A DNA stretch of 64,000 nt, from IMG/VR virus record IMGVR_UViG_3300024261_000028, positions 1 to 64,000 of that record. The stretch is one strand, 5' to 3'. Positions 44,225 to 52,982 of the stretch are shown here, one piece after another. Position 1 is the stretch's first letter, and every line of letters starts with the position of its first letter. The position numbers and the translations under genes were made by a program. The notes below the pieces were generated by a model. That model was not told where the DNA came from. It saw only the letters and a list, made by a program, of their open reading frames with translations, and ran no database searches. This DNA comes from a virus.

Positions 44225-44659
44225 CTATAATTTTTTTGAGGAAGAGTGCTCCGTGTTCGTCTGTTTCTCTTTTGGTCCATCCGAATTTGGTTGCACAGAA
44301 GGAGTAGACTCCGATTGTGGCTCTTTCTCCACCTCTGAGCCCATGAAACTCGTCATCCAATCCCCTAAAAAATTGACTAGTGGATAATCCTCCATAATAT
44401 GGTCTAATATATCATTAATTGTTTTATTAGATACGGCATTAATTGATGCTTCTGCTTTATATGGGAATGGGGCTTTTCTTAAAGTCTTCATTAATATCTG
44501 TTTACGGAATATTCCTATTCTTACTTTTGGTTTTTGTATATCTGATAGGTCTAATGATTGATTGATAATAGATTCTGTCTCCCCGAATGTTAACTCAGTC
44601 TCATATTCAACTTCTTCTTTACTTCCTTTATAATCTACCTGGAAAGACTTTAACACCAT
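44225..44659 (-). CDS. putative tail assembly chaperone (144 aa)
   Basis: Position between the tail tube and tape measure genes; no slippery-site frameshift product seen. Confidence 0.4.
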   Translation of the reverse strand: MVLKSFQVDYKGSKEEVEYETELTFGETESIINQSLDLSDIQKPKVRIGIFRKQILMKTLRKAPFPYKAEASINAVSNKTINDILDHIMEDYPLVNFLGDWMTSFMGSEVEKEPQSESTPSVQPNSDGPKEKQTNTEHSSSKKL

Positions 44660-44681
44660 GTATCATATAACAATAAAGATG

Positions 44682-44689
44682 TATATAAG
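44682..44689 (-). promoter_or_regulatory. TATA box for gene starting at 44659
   Basis: CTTATATA on the minus strand, 23-30 nt upstream of the ATG. Confidence 0.45.
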
Positions 44690-44695
44690 GGTTAT

Positions 44696-45709
44696 CTAAC
44701 TTGCTGCTGGTATTGTTGATGTATTGTTAGTTGCCACAACGGTTGCTCCTCTTGCTTGGAAACTTATTTCTTCGAAAATTGGTTCGTTTGGCTCAATGGA
44801 TAGGTTGTGATCATCCAATGCAATTCCTGTCAAGTTAAATTCAATTATTCTTGAATCTGTACTTGATGCACCATTGTCAAACTTGAGTGTTAATGTTGGT
44901 TGTTCTGCTGCAAGTGTCTGTGCTCCTGCTGAGTCATTACATAATGTGTTATTTTGTTGAGCATATAATTTTATTAATTGTGCCTTGTCTACATGTGAAA
45001 ATTTCATCTTTCCTGTAACTTCTGTCAATCTTCTGATTGCTGAATTTGCTGTACTATTTCCAATACCCCATATATGATCTGCATTTTGTGTTATTGTTAT
45101 ATCCACACATTGTACTTCACCTATTGTGGTACAATCTGGAAATTCTAAGGTTCCATGTGCGAATGTAAATGGTATGTGATCAGAAACACATAATCCTGCT
45201 GGTGTTGAGTCTAATGATGCTGTTAATGATTCATTCTTGTAATTTGTATCTAATGTAACTCTTGCTAATTCTCCTATTGATGTTGATATTGATGCACTAT
45301 TGACTATTCCACCTGTTAATGTTCTTACTATATCTGTTCCTCCCTGACATTGACCTACCTGTGTTGTGAATGAGTCTATTTTCTGTGCACATGTTGTCAA
45401 GTCCCAGGTATGTACATATGGACCAGCACCTGTTGTTCCAGCGTCTTTAAATCCTACTAATCCTAAGAACCACGGACTTGATAATACAAAGTCTAGTGAT
45501 ATTGATCCTCTAGTTTGACCATATGCATATGTTTTAACTCTAACATCGTTTAATTGTGAAAGTGCTATTTTATTATTAGTAAATGACCATCCGGTGATTT
45601 TTTGTTCAAAGCCAAATTGTTCCCCACCTGATTGAATTGCTGTTGCTTCGGTACCAAATGTTGCTTCTCTAACCCATTGCAGATATGTATACGCACCAGT
45701 AAATACCAT
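44696..45709 (-). CDS. putative major tail (tube) protein (337 aa)
   Basis: Position after the head-completion genes and before chaperone/TMP; beta-rich; no sheath-sized gene present, hence siphovirus-like. Confidence 0.55.
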   Translation of the reverse strand: MVFTGAYTYLQWVREATFGTEATAIQSGGEQFGFEQKITGWSFTNNKIALSQLNDVRVKTYAYGQTRGSISLDFVLSSPWFLGLVGFKDAGTTGAGPYVHTWDLTTCAQKIDSFTTQVGQCQGGTDIVRTLTGGIVNSASISTSIGELARVTLDTNYKNESLTASLDSTPAGLCVSDHIPFTFAHGTLEFPDCTTIGEVQCVDITITQNADHIWGIGNSTANSAIRRLTEVTGKMKFSHVDKAQLIKLYAQQNNTLCNDSAGAQTLAAEQPTLTLKFDNGASSTDSRIIEFNLTGIALDDHNLSIEPNEPIFEEISFQARGATVVATNNTSTIPAAS

Positions 45710-45730
45710 GATTACATTAGCAATAAATTG

Positions 45731-45738
45731 TATATAAA
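45731..45738 (-). promoter_or_regulatory. TATA box for the major tail gene
   Basis: TTTATATA on the minus strand, 22-29 nt upstream of ATG 45709. Confidence 0.5.
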
Positions 45739-45755
45739 GATTTATACTGTGGTAT

Positions 45756-46205
45756 CTATACGAAGGTATGTGTGTTTACATCACTATATTTTAGGTCAAT
45801 TAAGTGTCTAAACATGTTCCTATAGTCCTGGTTTCTTGTCTCAGATTTGGTTAAAACTACCTGTAGGAATCCTTGTGTGTTTCTTCTTATTATATTCTGT
45901 ATGATACGGGTGACCTCTTTTACTATTATATTTTGCCTGGTAGTGCCTCCCGATTTATATGACCTAATGTCTATTTTTACCAATAAATCATGCCAGTATG
46001 CGTCTCCGTGTAGTGCAAATGGTCTAATAGGTTCTGTTAATGGTTCTATTATTACCCTTTCTGTAGAGTCTCCGTCGAATCCTACAACCTTTTTGTCCCA
46101 TACCAGGTCAATGGCTGGTTTTACTCCTCCTGCACATGTTGCATCCCATTGAGCACATAATGCAGTTTTTAGATCATCTATTGCATCATATGTGATTATG
46201 GTCAT
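45756..46205 (-). CDS. putative tail completion / terminator protein (149 aa)
   Basis: Position; ATGA overlap with the upstream gene. Confidence 0.4.
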   Translation of the reverse strand: MTIITYDAIDDLKTALCAQWDATCAGGVKPAIDLVWDKKVVGFDGDSTERVIIEPLTEPIRPFALHGDAYWHDLLVKIDIRSYKSGGTTRQNIIVKEVTRIIQNIIRRNTQGFLQVVLTKSETRNQDYRNMFRHLIDLKYSDVNTHTFV

Positions 46206-46639
46206 TCTATACCACTCCCTGTTGCACCTGCTTGATGTGTGAAATCTGCCAAGTATCTGTCAACCCACCAATGTGAATCTATACCATCTTGATATATTTT
46301 CTTTCTTATACCTGCTGCGGCTGCTCTTTGTTCCCATGGTTTTGTAAGTCCTGAATGTTTTACAACCCATTCCAATATTTTGTTAAATGGTGGTGGTTTA
46401 CTCCATTTCCATTCTGAACCTGTATCTGATGCGGCTACGGCCCATTTCTCACTGCCTACAATTTTTGCAGTACTGTCATACACTATGCTGTCCTTTTTAT
46501 CACTATCTGAATAATAATATGATGGTAGATGTTCAAACTCGAACTTCATTTCATCCCTTGTCCTGTTGCCTACATCATCAGTTAAATTTCTTCTTAACTG
46601 ACCAAGTGATCTATTATTAATTTTGAATAATCCGGTCAA
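46202..46639 (-). CDS. putative head closure protein (145 aa)
   Basis: Position; start/stop overlaps with both neighbours. Confidence 0.4.
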   Translation of the reverse strand: MTGLFKINNRSLGQLRRNLTDDVGNRTRDEMKFEFEHLPSYYYSDSDKKDSIVYDSTAKIVGSEKWAVAASDTGSEWKWSKPPPFNKILEWVVKHSGLTKPWEQRAAAAGIRKKIYQDGIDSHWWVDRYLADFTHQAGATGSGIE

Positions 46640-47274
46640 GGTACGACGTACACCTCTGCACGATCATGAATTATGTTGTCCACCTCATCTTTCCATTCTG
46701 ACATGGCCTGCTCTTTTTTAATAGCGCCACCAAACTCAAGATCATCCATTTTGATTGAGGATCTAATCAAGTCTATACATGTTAGTTTAAGACAGGCATC
46801 TTCTATATCATCTGGTACTGCTGCACTTCCATACCTGTATGTTACCTTTACCCTGTTGTTTCTTAATATTGAAAATATAAATCCCCTTAGATATAGTTCA
46901 CCTTTTATTTTTTCTACATCGTATGATCCAGGTGTATTTGTATAATCTGTCCATGTTGCGTTAGATCCGTTCCATATCTCTATTTTGTCTCCGGCACTTG
47001 TACAGAGACATGTTTCTCCTGCACCTACGGTAGTTACTTCTCTATGTTTTAATGATATAAATGTCCCCCAACCAAACGTATATAATAGTGGTAATGAGAA
47101 TATTTCCTGAGTTGATTTAGTCCTTCCATATGTGTGACCAGTTCTACGGTCTATTTTCTCCTCTGCTCTTTTGATTAATTTCTCTACCTGGGCAATACTG
47201 GGACTGGTAGAACATGTTATGGATATTCTAAGGAAATCTGCCACATCTGATGTTGAGATATAACAAGTTGCCAT
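46636..47274 (-). CDS. putative head-tail connector (gp6-like adaptor, 212 aa)
   Basis: N-terminus YISTSDVADFLRI...IAQVEKLIKRAEEKIDRRTG resembles gp6-type connector N-termini; position; own TATA box. Confidence 0.55.
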   Translation of the reverse strand: MATCYISTSDVADFLRISITCSTSPSIAQVEKLIKRAEEKIDRRTGHTYGRTKSTQEIFSLPLLYTFGWGTFISLKHREVTTVGAGETCLCTSAGDKIEIWNGSNATWTDYTNTPGSYDVEKIKGELYLRGFIFSILRNNRVKVTYRYGSAAVPDDIEDACLKLTCIDLIRSSIKMDDLEFGGAIKKEQAMSEWKDEVDNIIHDRAEVYVVP

Positions 47275-47296
47275 GATATATAAGTGGTGTTATAGA

Positions 47297-47303
47297 ATTT
47301 AAA
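47297..47303 (-). promoter_or_regulatory. TATA box for the connector gene
   Basis: TTTAAAT on the minus strand, 23-29 nt upstream of ATG 47274; flanks nearly identical to the TMP promoter (ATCTTTAAAT...TTATATATCATGGC). Confidence 0.55.
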
Positions 47304-47306
47304 GAT

Positions 47307-48857
47307 TTAGTACTCTGAATATATGTCATTTCTTAAATATTCATACAGTGTTGGACTGTATTTCACTATATCATTCCATTCTTTCTTACGGTCATCCAAC
47401 TGTTTTATAGGTAATAAAAACGGTGTATAATCAAATTCTTCCATCTTATTACCATATCTTAGAGTGTTGTCACTAAGAGGAAAATATCCATACCCTGTAC
47501 TTATACAACCTATACCACCTTCCTCATTAAATCTGAATCTATACATTTTATCTATAATATGATCTCTAAACCCATGATGTTGTGTAGGTGATAATTCATG
47601 AATCTTTTTATCATAATTTCTATTGAGATTATCTCTCCAGTATTTTGTATCATCTCTTTCACCAAGTGCATAATGCATACTCACAAATTCTGCCCAATTA
47701 TGGAAAATATTTCTGCATGCATAATTATATGCATCTCTATCCCATTGTGATATGTTATCTCGTTCAAACGATCTGATTAGAAATGACAAAAATTCATGTA
47801 CCGTGTATAATCCGTTTGATTCTAATGGTTCAATGAATCCTGCCGACAGTCCTATTGCCACTACATTCTTCACAAATAGTTTATTATGAATTCCCACTCT
47901 CATTGATATATTGGTAAATTTATTCTTGGTTATATCGAATTTTTGTTTCTTTAAATGTTTTTTGAACTCTGTCAATGCCTTTTCATCTGTTGTATATTTG
48001 TCAGAGTAAACATATCCTGTTCCTATTTTACTCCATAAAGGGATATTCCATACCCATCCGTTCTTTAATGCGGTTGCATTTGTTACTCCCTCAAGTTGTT
48101 TTTCCTTGTCTGTATAATTTACATGTGTTGCCCATGCCTTATTGTTAGGTAATATGTCATTATATGGTATAAATTCCTCATTCATTGCCTCTCCAAGCAG
48201 TAGAGATTTAAACCCTGTACAGTCTATGAATAAATCTCCTGTTATTTTATCACCATTGTTTAATAATAAATATTTTATACCTTCATTATCAATTTTAATA
48301 TCTTTCACATTTGATTTTATATGGGTTATGCTTGGCAGACAAATATTATCCCTCAGCCATAGGGCAAACTTGGTTGCATCAAAGTGAAATGCCGTATCTT
48401 TATCGAATCTAAAATTGCCTAACTCCTTTCCCTTGTACACCTTGTTGTTGTTGACCAAAGGCATTATTGGATAGTATGAGTCGGCATAATCCGTATTTGG
48501 TGTTTTTGGGTGTAACATTTTTTTAAAGTACCACAGATTGAGCCTGTTATCGTCTATTGGCTCTGGTATGCTAAACGGATATTCAACTCTACCACTATTA
48601 ATTTTATTAAAGTTTGTAAATCTTATAGTAAACTTGTAAGAGGCATCACAATGCTTCATAAAGTCCTTATCTTTAATTCCAACTAAATATAACCATTGTC
48701 TGAATTGAACTATTGTTGATTCTCCTACTCCTACCGTCTTGATGTCAGGAGATTCTATTAAGGTAATTTTCTTTTTAGGGAATAATCTAACAAAGGTTGT
48801 TGCTGTCATCCATCCTGCCGTACCACCACCTACTATTACAATATTATTTGCTTTCAT
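47307..48857 (-). CDS. flavin-dependent halogenase (tryptophan halogenase family)
   Basis: IVIVGGGTAGWMTA (FAD GxGxxG), ITLIESPDIKTVGVGEST, catalytic-Lys context DASYKFTIRF, FHFDATKFALWLR, LFIDCTGF, WxWxIP motif GWVWNIPL, GTGYVYS, catalytic-Glu context GFIEPLESNG. Confidence 0.9.
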   Translation of the reverse strand: MKANNIVIVGGGTAGWMTATTFVRLFPKKKITLIESPDIKTVGVGESTIVQFRQWLYLVGIKDKDFMKHCDASYKFTIRFTNFNKINSGRVEYPFSIPEPIDDNRLNLWYFKKMLHPKTPNTDYADSYYPIMPLVNNNKVYKGKELGNFRFDKDTAFHFDATKFALWLRDNICLPSITHIKSNVKDIKIDNEGIKYLLLNNGDKITGDLFIDCTGFKSLLLGEAMNEEFIPYNDILPNNKAWATHVNYTDKEKQLEGVTNATALKNGWVWNIPLWSKIGTGYVYSDKYTTDEKALTEFKKHLKKQKFDITKNKFTNISMRVGIHNKLFVKNVVAIGLSAGFIEPLESNGLYTVHEFLSFLIRSFERDNISQWDRDAYNYACRNIFHNWAEFVSMHYALGERDDTKYWRDNLNRNYDKKIHELSPTQHHGFRDHIIDKMYRFRFNEEGGIGCISTGYGYFPLSDNTLRYGNKMEEFDYTPFLLPIKQLDDRKKEWNDIVKYSPTLYEYLRNDIYSEY

Positions 48858-48899
48858 ACCTACTCCACAATTATATTTGTGTTAAGCGATTAATAAATG

Positions 48900-49904
48900 T
48901 TATGTTGTATGTCTAATCACAATAATACCTGAACCGCCTAATCCTCCTCCTCCGTTCCAAGTTGCTCCACCTCCGCCACTACCAGTGTTTGCTCCTGCCG
49001 CACCTCCAGCTTGATTTGAACCTTGTCCACCATTTGAACCATTGTTTCTGCCACCTGTTCCGCCAAAACCTCGTGCCCATGATACTACATTTGCAGCTGC
49101 ACCGCCTCCGCCACCGCCTTGACCGCCATCTCCACCTTGAAGAAAATTATGTGAACCTCCTCCTCCTCCACCGCCATAATAATAATTTGTTGATTCAAAA
49201 TTGGTTATCTGTATACCAGCTCCTCCATTTCCTCCAACTCCTCCATTTGAAGCTTGTCCACTTGGACTAGCACCATTAGCTGAAGCTCCTCCTCCACCGC
49301 CTTGAGCATGATTAACTCCTCCACCGCTACCTGAATACCCACCATATCCTGTTCCTATATATGGTGAATGTGTAGGTGTATTTCCTGTTCCACCTGAACC
49401 TCCACCATTAGCACCATCTGTTTTTGCTGAATAATCACTACTAGAATGTCCGCCTGCACCTCCTCCACCTGTGGCTGTAATTGTTGTAAATCCTGTGCCA
49501 GTTATTGTTGAAGCATCACCACTTGTGGCTGAACCTTTACCAGCACCAACTGTTGTTGTCATTGTTGTTGCAGGTAAAACCACTTCTGATAATTTAAGTA
49601 CGGCACCGCCTCCACCGCCACCTCCAATACCATATCCTCCACCGCCTCCACCGCCAACAATTAAAACATCAACAATACCTGTGGTAGTGATTCCCATAGT
49701 TCCAGATGAAAGGTATGTATAACTTTTATATGTCACACCATCGATAGTATAATTTGAATCTGAACTTCCACCTGAATGACTTGCCACAACAGGTGGGTCA
49801 GTTATAGCTACTCCACCAGCAGCTCCAACAAAACCAACATTCATAATATCCATTGGTTTCTTTAATTCCTTATTCTTTTTAATTGGACTGTCTCTGTGAG
49901 ACAT
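48900..49904 (-). CDS. glycine-rich virion (fibre/decoration-like) protein (334 aa)
   Basis: VDVLIVGGGGGGGYGIGGGGGGGAV followed by repeated GGGG(A/S)GG tracts; ends GGSGIIVIRHTT. Confidence 0.7.
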   Translation of the reverse strand: MSHRDSPIKKNKELKKPMDIMNVGFVGAAGGVAITDPPVVASHSGGSSDSNYTIDGVTYKSYTYLSSGTMGITTTGIVDVLIVGGGGGGGYGIGGGGGGGAVLKLSEVVLPATTMTTTVGAGKGSATSGDASTITGTGFTTITATGGGGAGGHSSSDYSAKTDGANGGGSGGTGNTPTHSPYIGTGYGGYSGSGGGVNHAQGGGGGASANGASPSGQASNGGVGGNGGAGIQITNFESTNYYYGGGGGGGSHNFLQGGDGGQGGGGGGAAANVVSWARGFGGTGGRNNGSNGGQGSNQAGGAAGANTGSGGGGATWNGGGGLGGSGIIVIRHTT

Positions 49905-49907
49905 TTA

Positions 49908-50741
49908 TTACTCCTCTACTGCGTATGCTGCCACGATATCTGTATCTGCTGTACCAAATGATGTAATAGTTAGAATACCTATCTTACTGGCTGCTTGGTC
50001 TGCTGGTTTTGCTCCTACAAATTTCCATGCTGGGAATGTTAAGGTTCTAAGTGTTCCATCTGTGGTTATTTTAATTGTTTTAGACTTACCTATTGCTCTA
50101 TTTGATGTTGTAAATGTAGTAGCAGCACTAATTGAAATTGTTTGTAATTGATCCCCGTCAAAATCCAATGCAGTTGTTGTTGTTGAAGTATCATGAATTA
50201 AGTTTTGAATATTGTCTATATTGTTACCTGCAACATCTAACAATGATGTTGTTGTAGTTCCCGTGAATGTTGGACTAGCTAAAGGAGATTTTAAAGCAAC
50301 TGCTGTAGCATTAGTTGCTATTCCATCTAGGGTAGACTCTACATCTGCATAGTTTGGTATTGCTACTGTGCCTGTAAATGTTGGAGAGGCTAGTGGTGAT
50401 CTTGCTGCTAAATCTGTAGATAGACATGTTACTGTACTTTGTGCTTGAGTACCTGAATGATTTGCTCTACAAAATGGATCTGCTGATAGGTTGTTTTCTA
50501 CTGTAATCCAATGTGATAATGTATTAGGGTTATCTTGTTGTGCTATTATAGAATCCCCGGCTTGTATTGCTTCAGTGAAGAATGTACCTGATACTGATAT
50601 TACATATTGATCTCCTTTTTTAATTGAACATGCTGTTGGTGAGCAATCTAAATCAGGTGAATTTGTTGATGCATTATAATTACCTTTTAGTAAAATATTT
50701 CCTGTTACTCCTATATCTAATGAACCTGAGTTCAAGCTCAT
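49908..50741 (-). CDS. fibre protein with phage tail-fibre repeats (277 aa)
   Basis: PLASPTFTGT occurs twice (SPxFTG tail-fibre repeat pattern). Confidence 0.6.
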   Translation of the reverse strand: MSLNSGSLDIGVTGNILLKGNYNASTNSPDLDCSPTACSIKKGDQYVISVSGTFFTEAIQAGDSIIAQQDNPNTLSHWITVENNLSADPFCRANHSGTQAQSTVTCLSTDLAARSPLASPTFTGTVAIPNYADVESTLDGIATNATAVALKSPLASPTFTGTTTTSLLDVAGNNIDNIQNLIHDTSTTTTALDFDGDQLQTISISAATTFTTSNRAIGKSKTIKITTDGTLRTLTFPAWKFVGAKPADQAASKIGILTITSFGTADTDIVAAYAVEE

Positions 50742-50743
50742 TT

Positions 50744-51181
50744 TTAATTATCTCCTCTATGCCATATCCTTACAACACCGGCATTACCGGCTGATGTCGA
50801 TTTTACCCTTACAACCACTTTTGTGTAAGAATTGCTTAATGTTTCAACTGCCGGTGCAACACTTGCTGCCTGAGATGTTGAGGATTTCAGTTCAACCCAT
50901 CCATTATCATAATCTGTATCTGCCGTACCTGTAAATGCTGTCACAGGATTACTGTCCACATTTCCCCATATGTCATAATCTATACTGTTTGTTGCATGTG
51001 TGTTGAAAATTGAAAATGTTGATGTTCTTGTTCCTCTGGAATCTACCTCTAATACTGCAGAAAAGCAGTTTGTTGTGGTGACATCTATATTTTTATTATA
51101 ACTTCCTATAAGTGACCCATTTGATGCGTCTATTCTCTCTCTAGTTAAATCAACTTGAGCCATATACATTATAGTCACCAT
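50744..51181 (-). CDS. virion-associated beta-rich protein (145 aa)
   Basis: ORF track; position in the head-proximal cluster. Confidence 0.45.
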   Translation of the reverse strand: MVTIMYMAQVDLTRERIDASNGSLIGSYNKNIDVTTTNCFSAVLEVDSRGTRTSTFSIFNTHATNSIDYDIWGNVDSNPVTAFTGTADTDYDNGWVELKSSTSQAASVAPAVETLSNSYTKVVVRVKSTSAGNAGVVRIWHRGDN

Positions 51182-51227
51182 TTAATATATAAGGTTTGTG
51201 AATAAAAAAAGTAAAGTAAAGGTTTAC

Positions 51228-51629
51228 CTAAAAACCTACTACTCGAATTTTGATTGCTAATGAGTTAACAATAGCTGATGAGTTTGCCAATTCAGAAAAG
51301 GCCTCTGGGGTAGCATTAACACCTGCTGCATCGTCATTAATATATCCAAAAGCCTTGATCTTACCTGTGGCTGCTGCTCCTGCTGCTGCTGGAACATATT
51401 CAAGTAGAAGTCCTTTGTCGTTTGATATAATTGATGCTTCAATTATGGTACTAATTCTACCGCCCAATGAAAGGTCAACTGTTACACCACACGTTGAATA
51501 TGTGTCAGCTCCTGCAAAAGTAACATCTACTACTGTTGTTTTTAGTTTTGATGTTAGTTCTGATTGGACTGAAAGAGTTTTCCCTGTTAGATTTTCCCAA
51601 TCTGAATTCACTGCGACTGTATTTGCCAT
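51228..51629 (-). CDS. putative head decoration protein (133 aa)
   Basis: Position directly after the MCP gene; small, Ala/Thr-rich, beta-type; own TATA box; overlapping ORFs 51250..51657 and 51257..51442 rejected. Confidence 0.4.
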   Translation of the reverse strand: MANTVAVNSDWENLTGKTLSVQSELTSKLKTTVVDVTFAGADTYSTCGVTVDLSLGGRISTIIEASIISNDKGLLLEYVPAAAGAAATGKIKAFGYINDDAAGVNATPEAFSELANSSAIVNSLAIKIRVVGF

Positions 51630-51649
51630 ATATAAATGTAGTTTTGGTT

Positions 51650-51657
51650 ATATATAA
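51650..51657 (-). promoter_or_regulatory. TATA box for gene starting at 51629
   Basis: TTATATAT on the minus strand, 21-28 nt upstream of the ATG. Confidence 0.45.
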
Positions 51658-51746
51658 GGATATTGTAGAGGTCCCTGCTTGAGATAATAAGAATAAAAAA
51701 TATACCTAATCTTTCGACTAGAGTATGTGATTCGAATGTGGTTTGA

Positions 51747-52982
51747 CTAAAGTTTAATATCTCTAATCTTACCTTGAGCGATGAAACTTCTACATACGGT
51801 TTCACCCATAGTTCTGAATACACCTTTCTCAACAAAAGCATTGTTGATGAATGGGTAACCTGGACTTCTACGGGTTGCTTCGTAATATTCTGTTGGGATT
51901 GACACCATGATTCCTAATCTTGGGTAACCATATCCTTCTGCATCAGAAGTATCTAATGCAAATAGTCTTCCTACTTCGTCAGAGTCACAAGTATTGCTTG
52001 GAGCATCTTTGGTTGGAATGAATGGAACTCCATAGATAGAGTCTACATGTATACCTACACCAGTACCTTTGAAAGTTTGGATACCGTTTACATCGACTTG
52101 GACTAATGCTTCACCGTATGGATTTGCAATACGGACAGAAGGCATAAACAAGCCTTGTATTTCGGAATAAACTTCGTGGGAACCGAGGAATACGTTTGGA
52201 TCTTTACCAGCTTTCTTACGGATTGATCTAAGGAATGTTCTTAGTACGTCATCTGTCATGATTCCATTAGTACCTAAAGTACCAGATGGGGATGAGACAG
52301 TTGAATCGAATGTACTTGAACTATCTCTGTCAATTACAGCACCAGAACTTCCTTTCCAAGGATCGTAGTTGTCTGTACTACATGCTCCTTGTAAGTTTCC
52401 TTCTGCTTGGCTTGAAATAATTCTGTCTAAAGATTCCCAGTTAAGTGAACCAGTATGGACAGCACAAGCTGCTGCTGCTCCTGCTTCTACATCAGTTAAT
52501 AACATTCTGTTTAACAGTTCTTTGTGTTGAACTGCCATGAATAGTCTAAGTGAACCTAGACCACCCCAAATGTCGTCTTTACTGTGTGTTGCAAGCCATT
52601 CCATTACCTCTGAGGCACTGAATGGTAGTTGAGCAGTTTTTGGTCTTACATCAATTTCTGCAAGTGTTGGTTTGATGGTATCGGCAATTAAGCCACCTTC
52701 AGTTGTACCACCTAATGCTGTATTGTTACAGGTACCTGCGTCTGCAAGTGAGTCTGCTTTAGCGGTGATAACCCTCCAACCAGATTTGTCCCAAGGATAC
52801 TTTGGTAAGATACCAAATGCATTGGCTTCAAGGTTTAATTGAGCCCATGCGTATGCTCCGAACACTGCGTTGAAAGAACCAGTTGAACTGGTTGTTACTG
52901 GGGCGTCTGCCTTTCTCAAAGAATTACGGTTGTAACCATAGTATAGGGCTTCTAGCTCATCAATTGTTTGAATTTTTACCAT
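51747..52982 (-). CDS. putative major capsid protein (HK97-fold expected, 411 aa)
   Basis: Order portal-protease-scaffold-this gene; size; overlaps the scaffold gene stop by 7 nt. Confidence 0.65.
   Translation of the reverse strand: MVKIQTIDELEALYYGYNRNSLRKADAPVTTSSTGSFNAVFGAYAWAQLNLEANAFGILPKYPWDKSGWRVITAKADSLADAGTCNNTALGGTTEGGLIADTIKPTLAEIDVRPKTAQLPFSASEVMEWLATHSKDDIWGGLGSLRLFMAVQHKELLNRMLLTDVEAGAAAACAVHTGSLNWESLDRIISSQAEGNLQGACSTDNYDPWKGSSGAVIDRDSSSTFDSTVSSPSGTLGTNGIMTDDVLRTFLRSIRKKAGKDPNVFLGSHEVYSEIQGLFMPSVRIANPYGEALVQVDVNGIQTFKGTGVGIHVDSIYGVPFIPTKDAPSNTCDSDEVGRLFALDTSDAEGYGYPRLGIMVSIPTEYYEATRRSPGYPFINNAFVEKGVFRTMGETVCRSFIAQGKIRDIKL

Noticed and set aside
44149-44659. Programmed -1 frameshift extending the tail chaperone (G/GT-like)
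   Set aside because: No overlapping downstream ORF in the -1 frame and no obvious slippery heptamer were found. The 76-nt gap before the TMP gene is occupied by the TMP promoter.
51250-51841. ORFs 51250..51657(+), 51257..51442(-) and 51608..51841(-) around the decoration-sized gene
   Set aside because: They overlap the better-supported gene 51228..51629, which has a TATA box at the canonical distance, and the MCP 3' end. 51608..51841 covers the promoter region and has no start signal.
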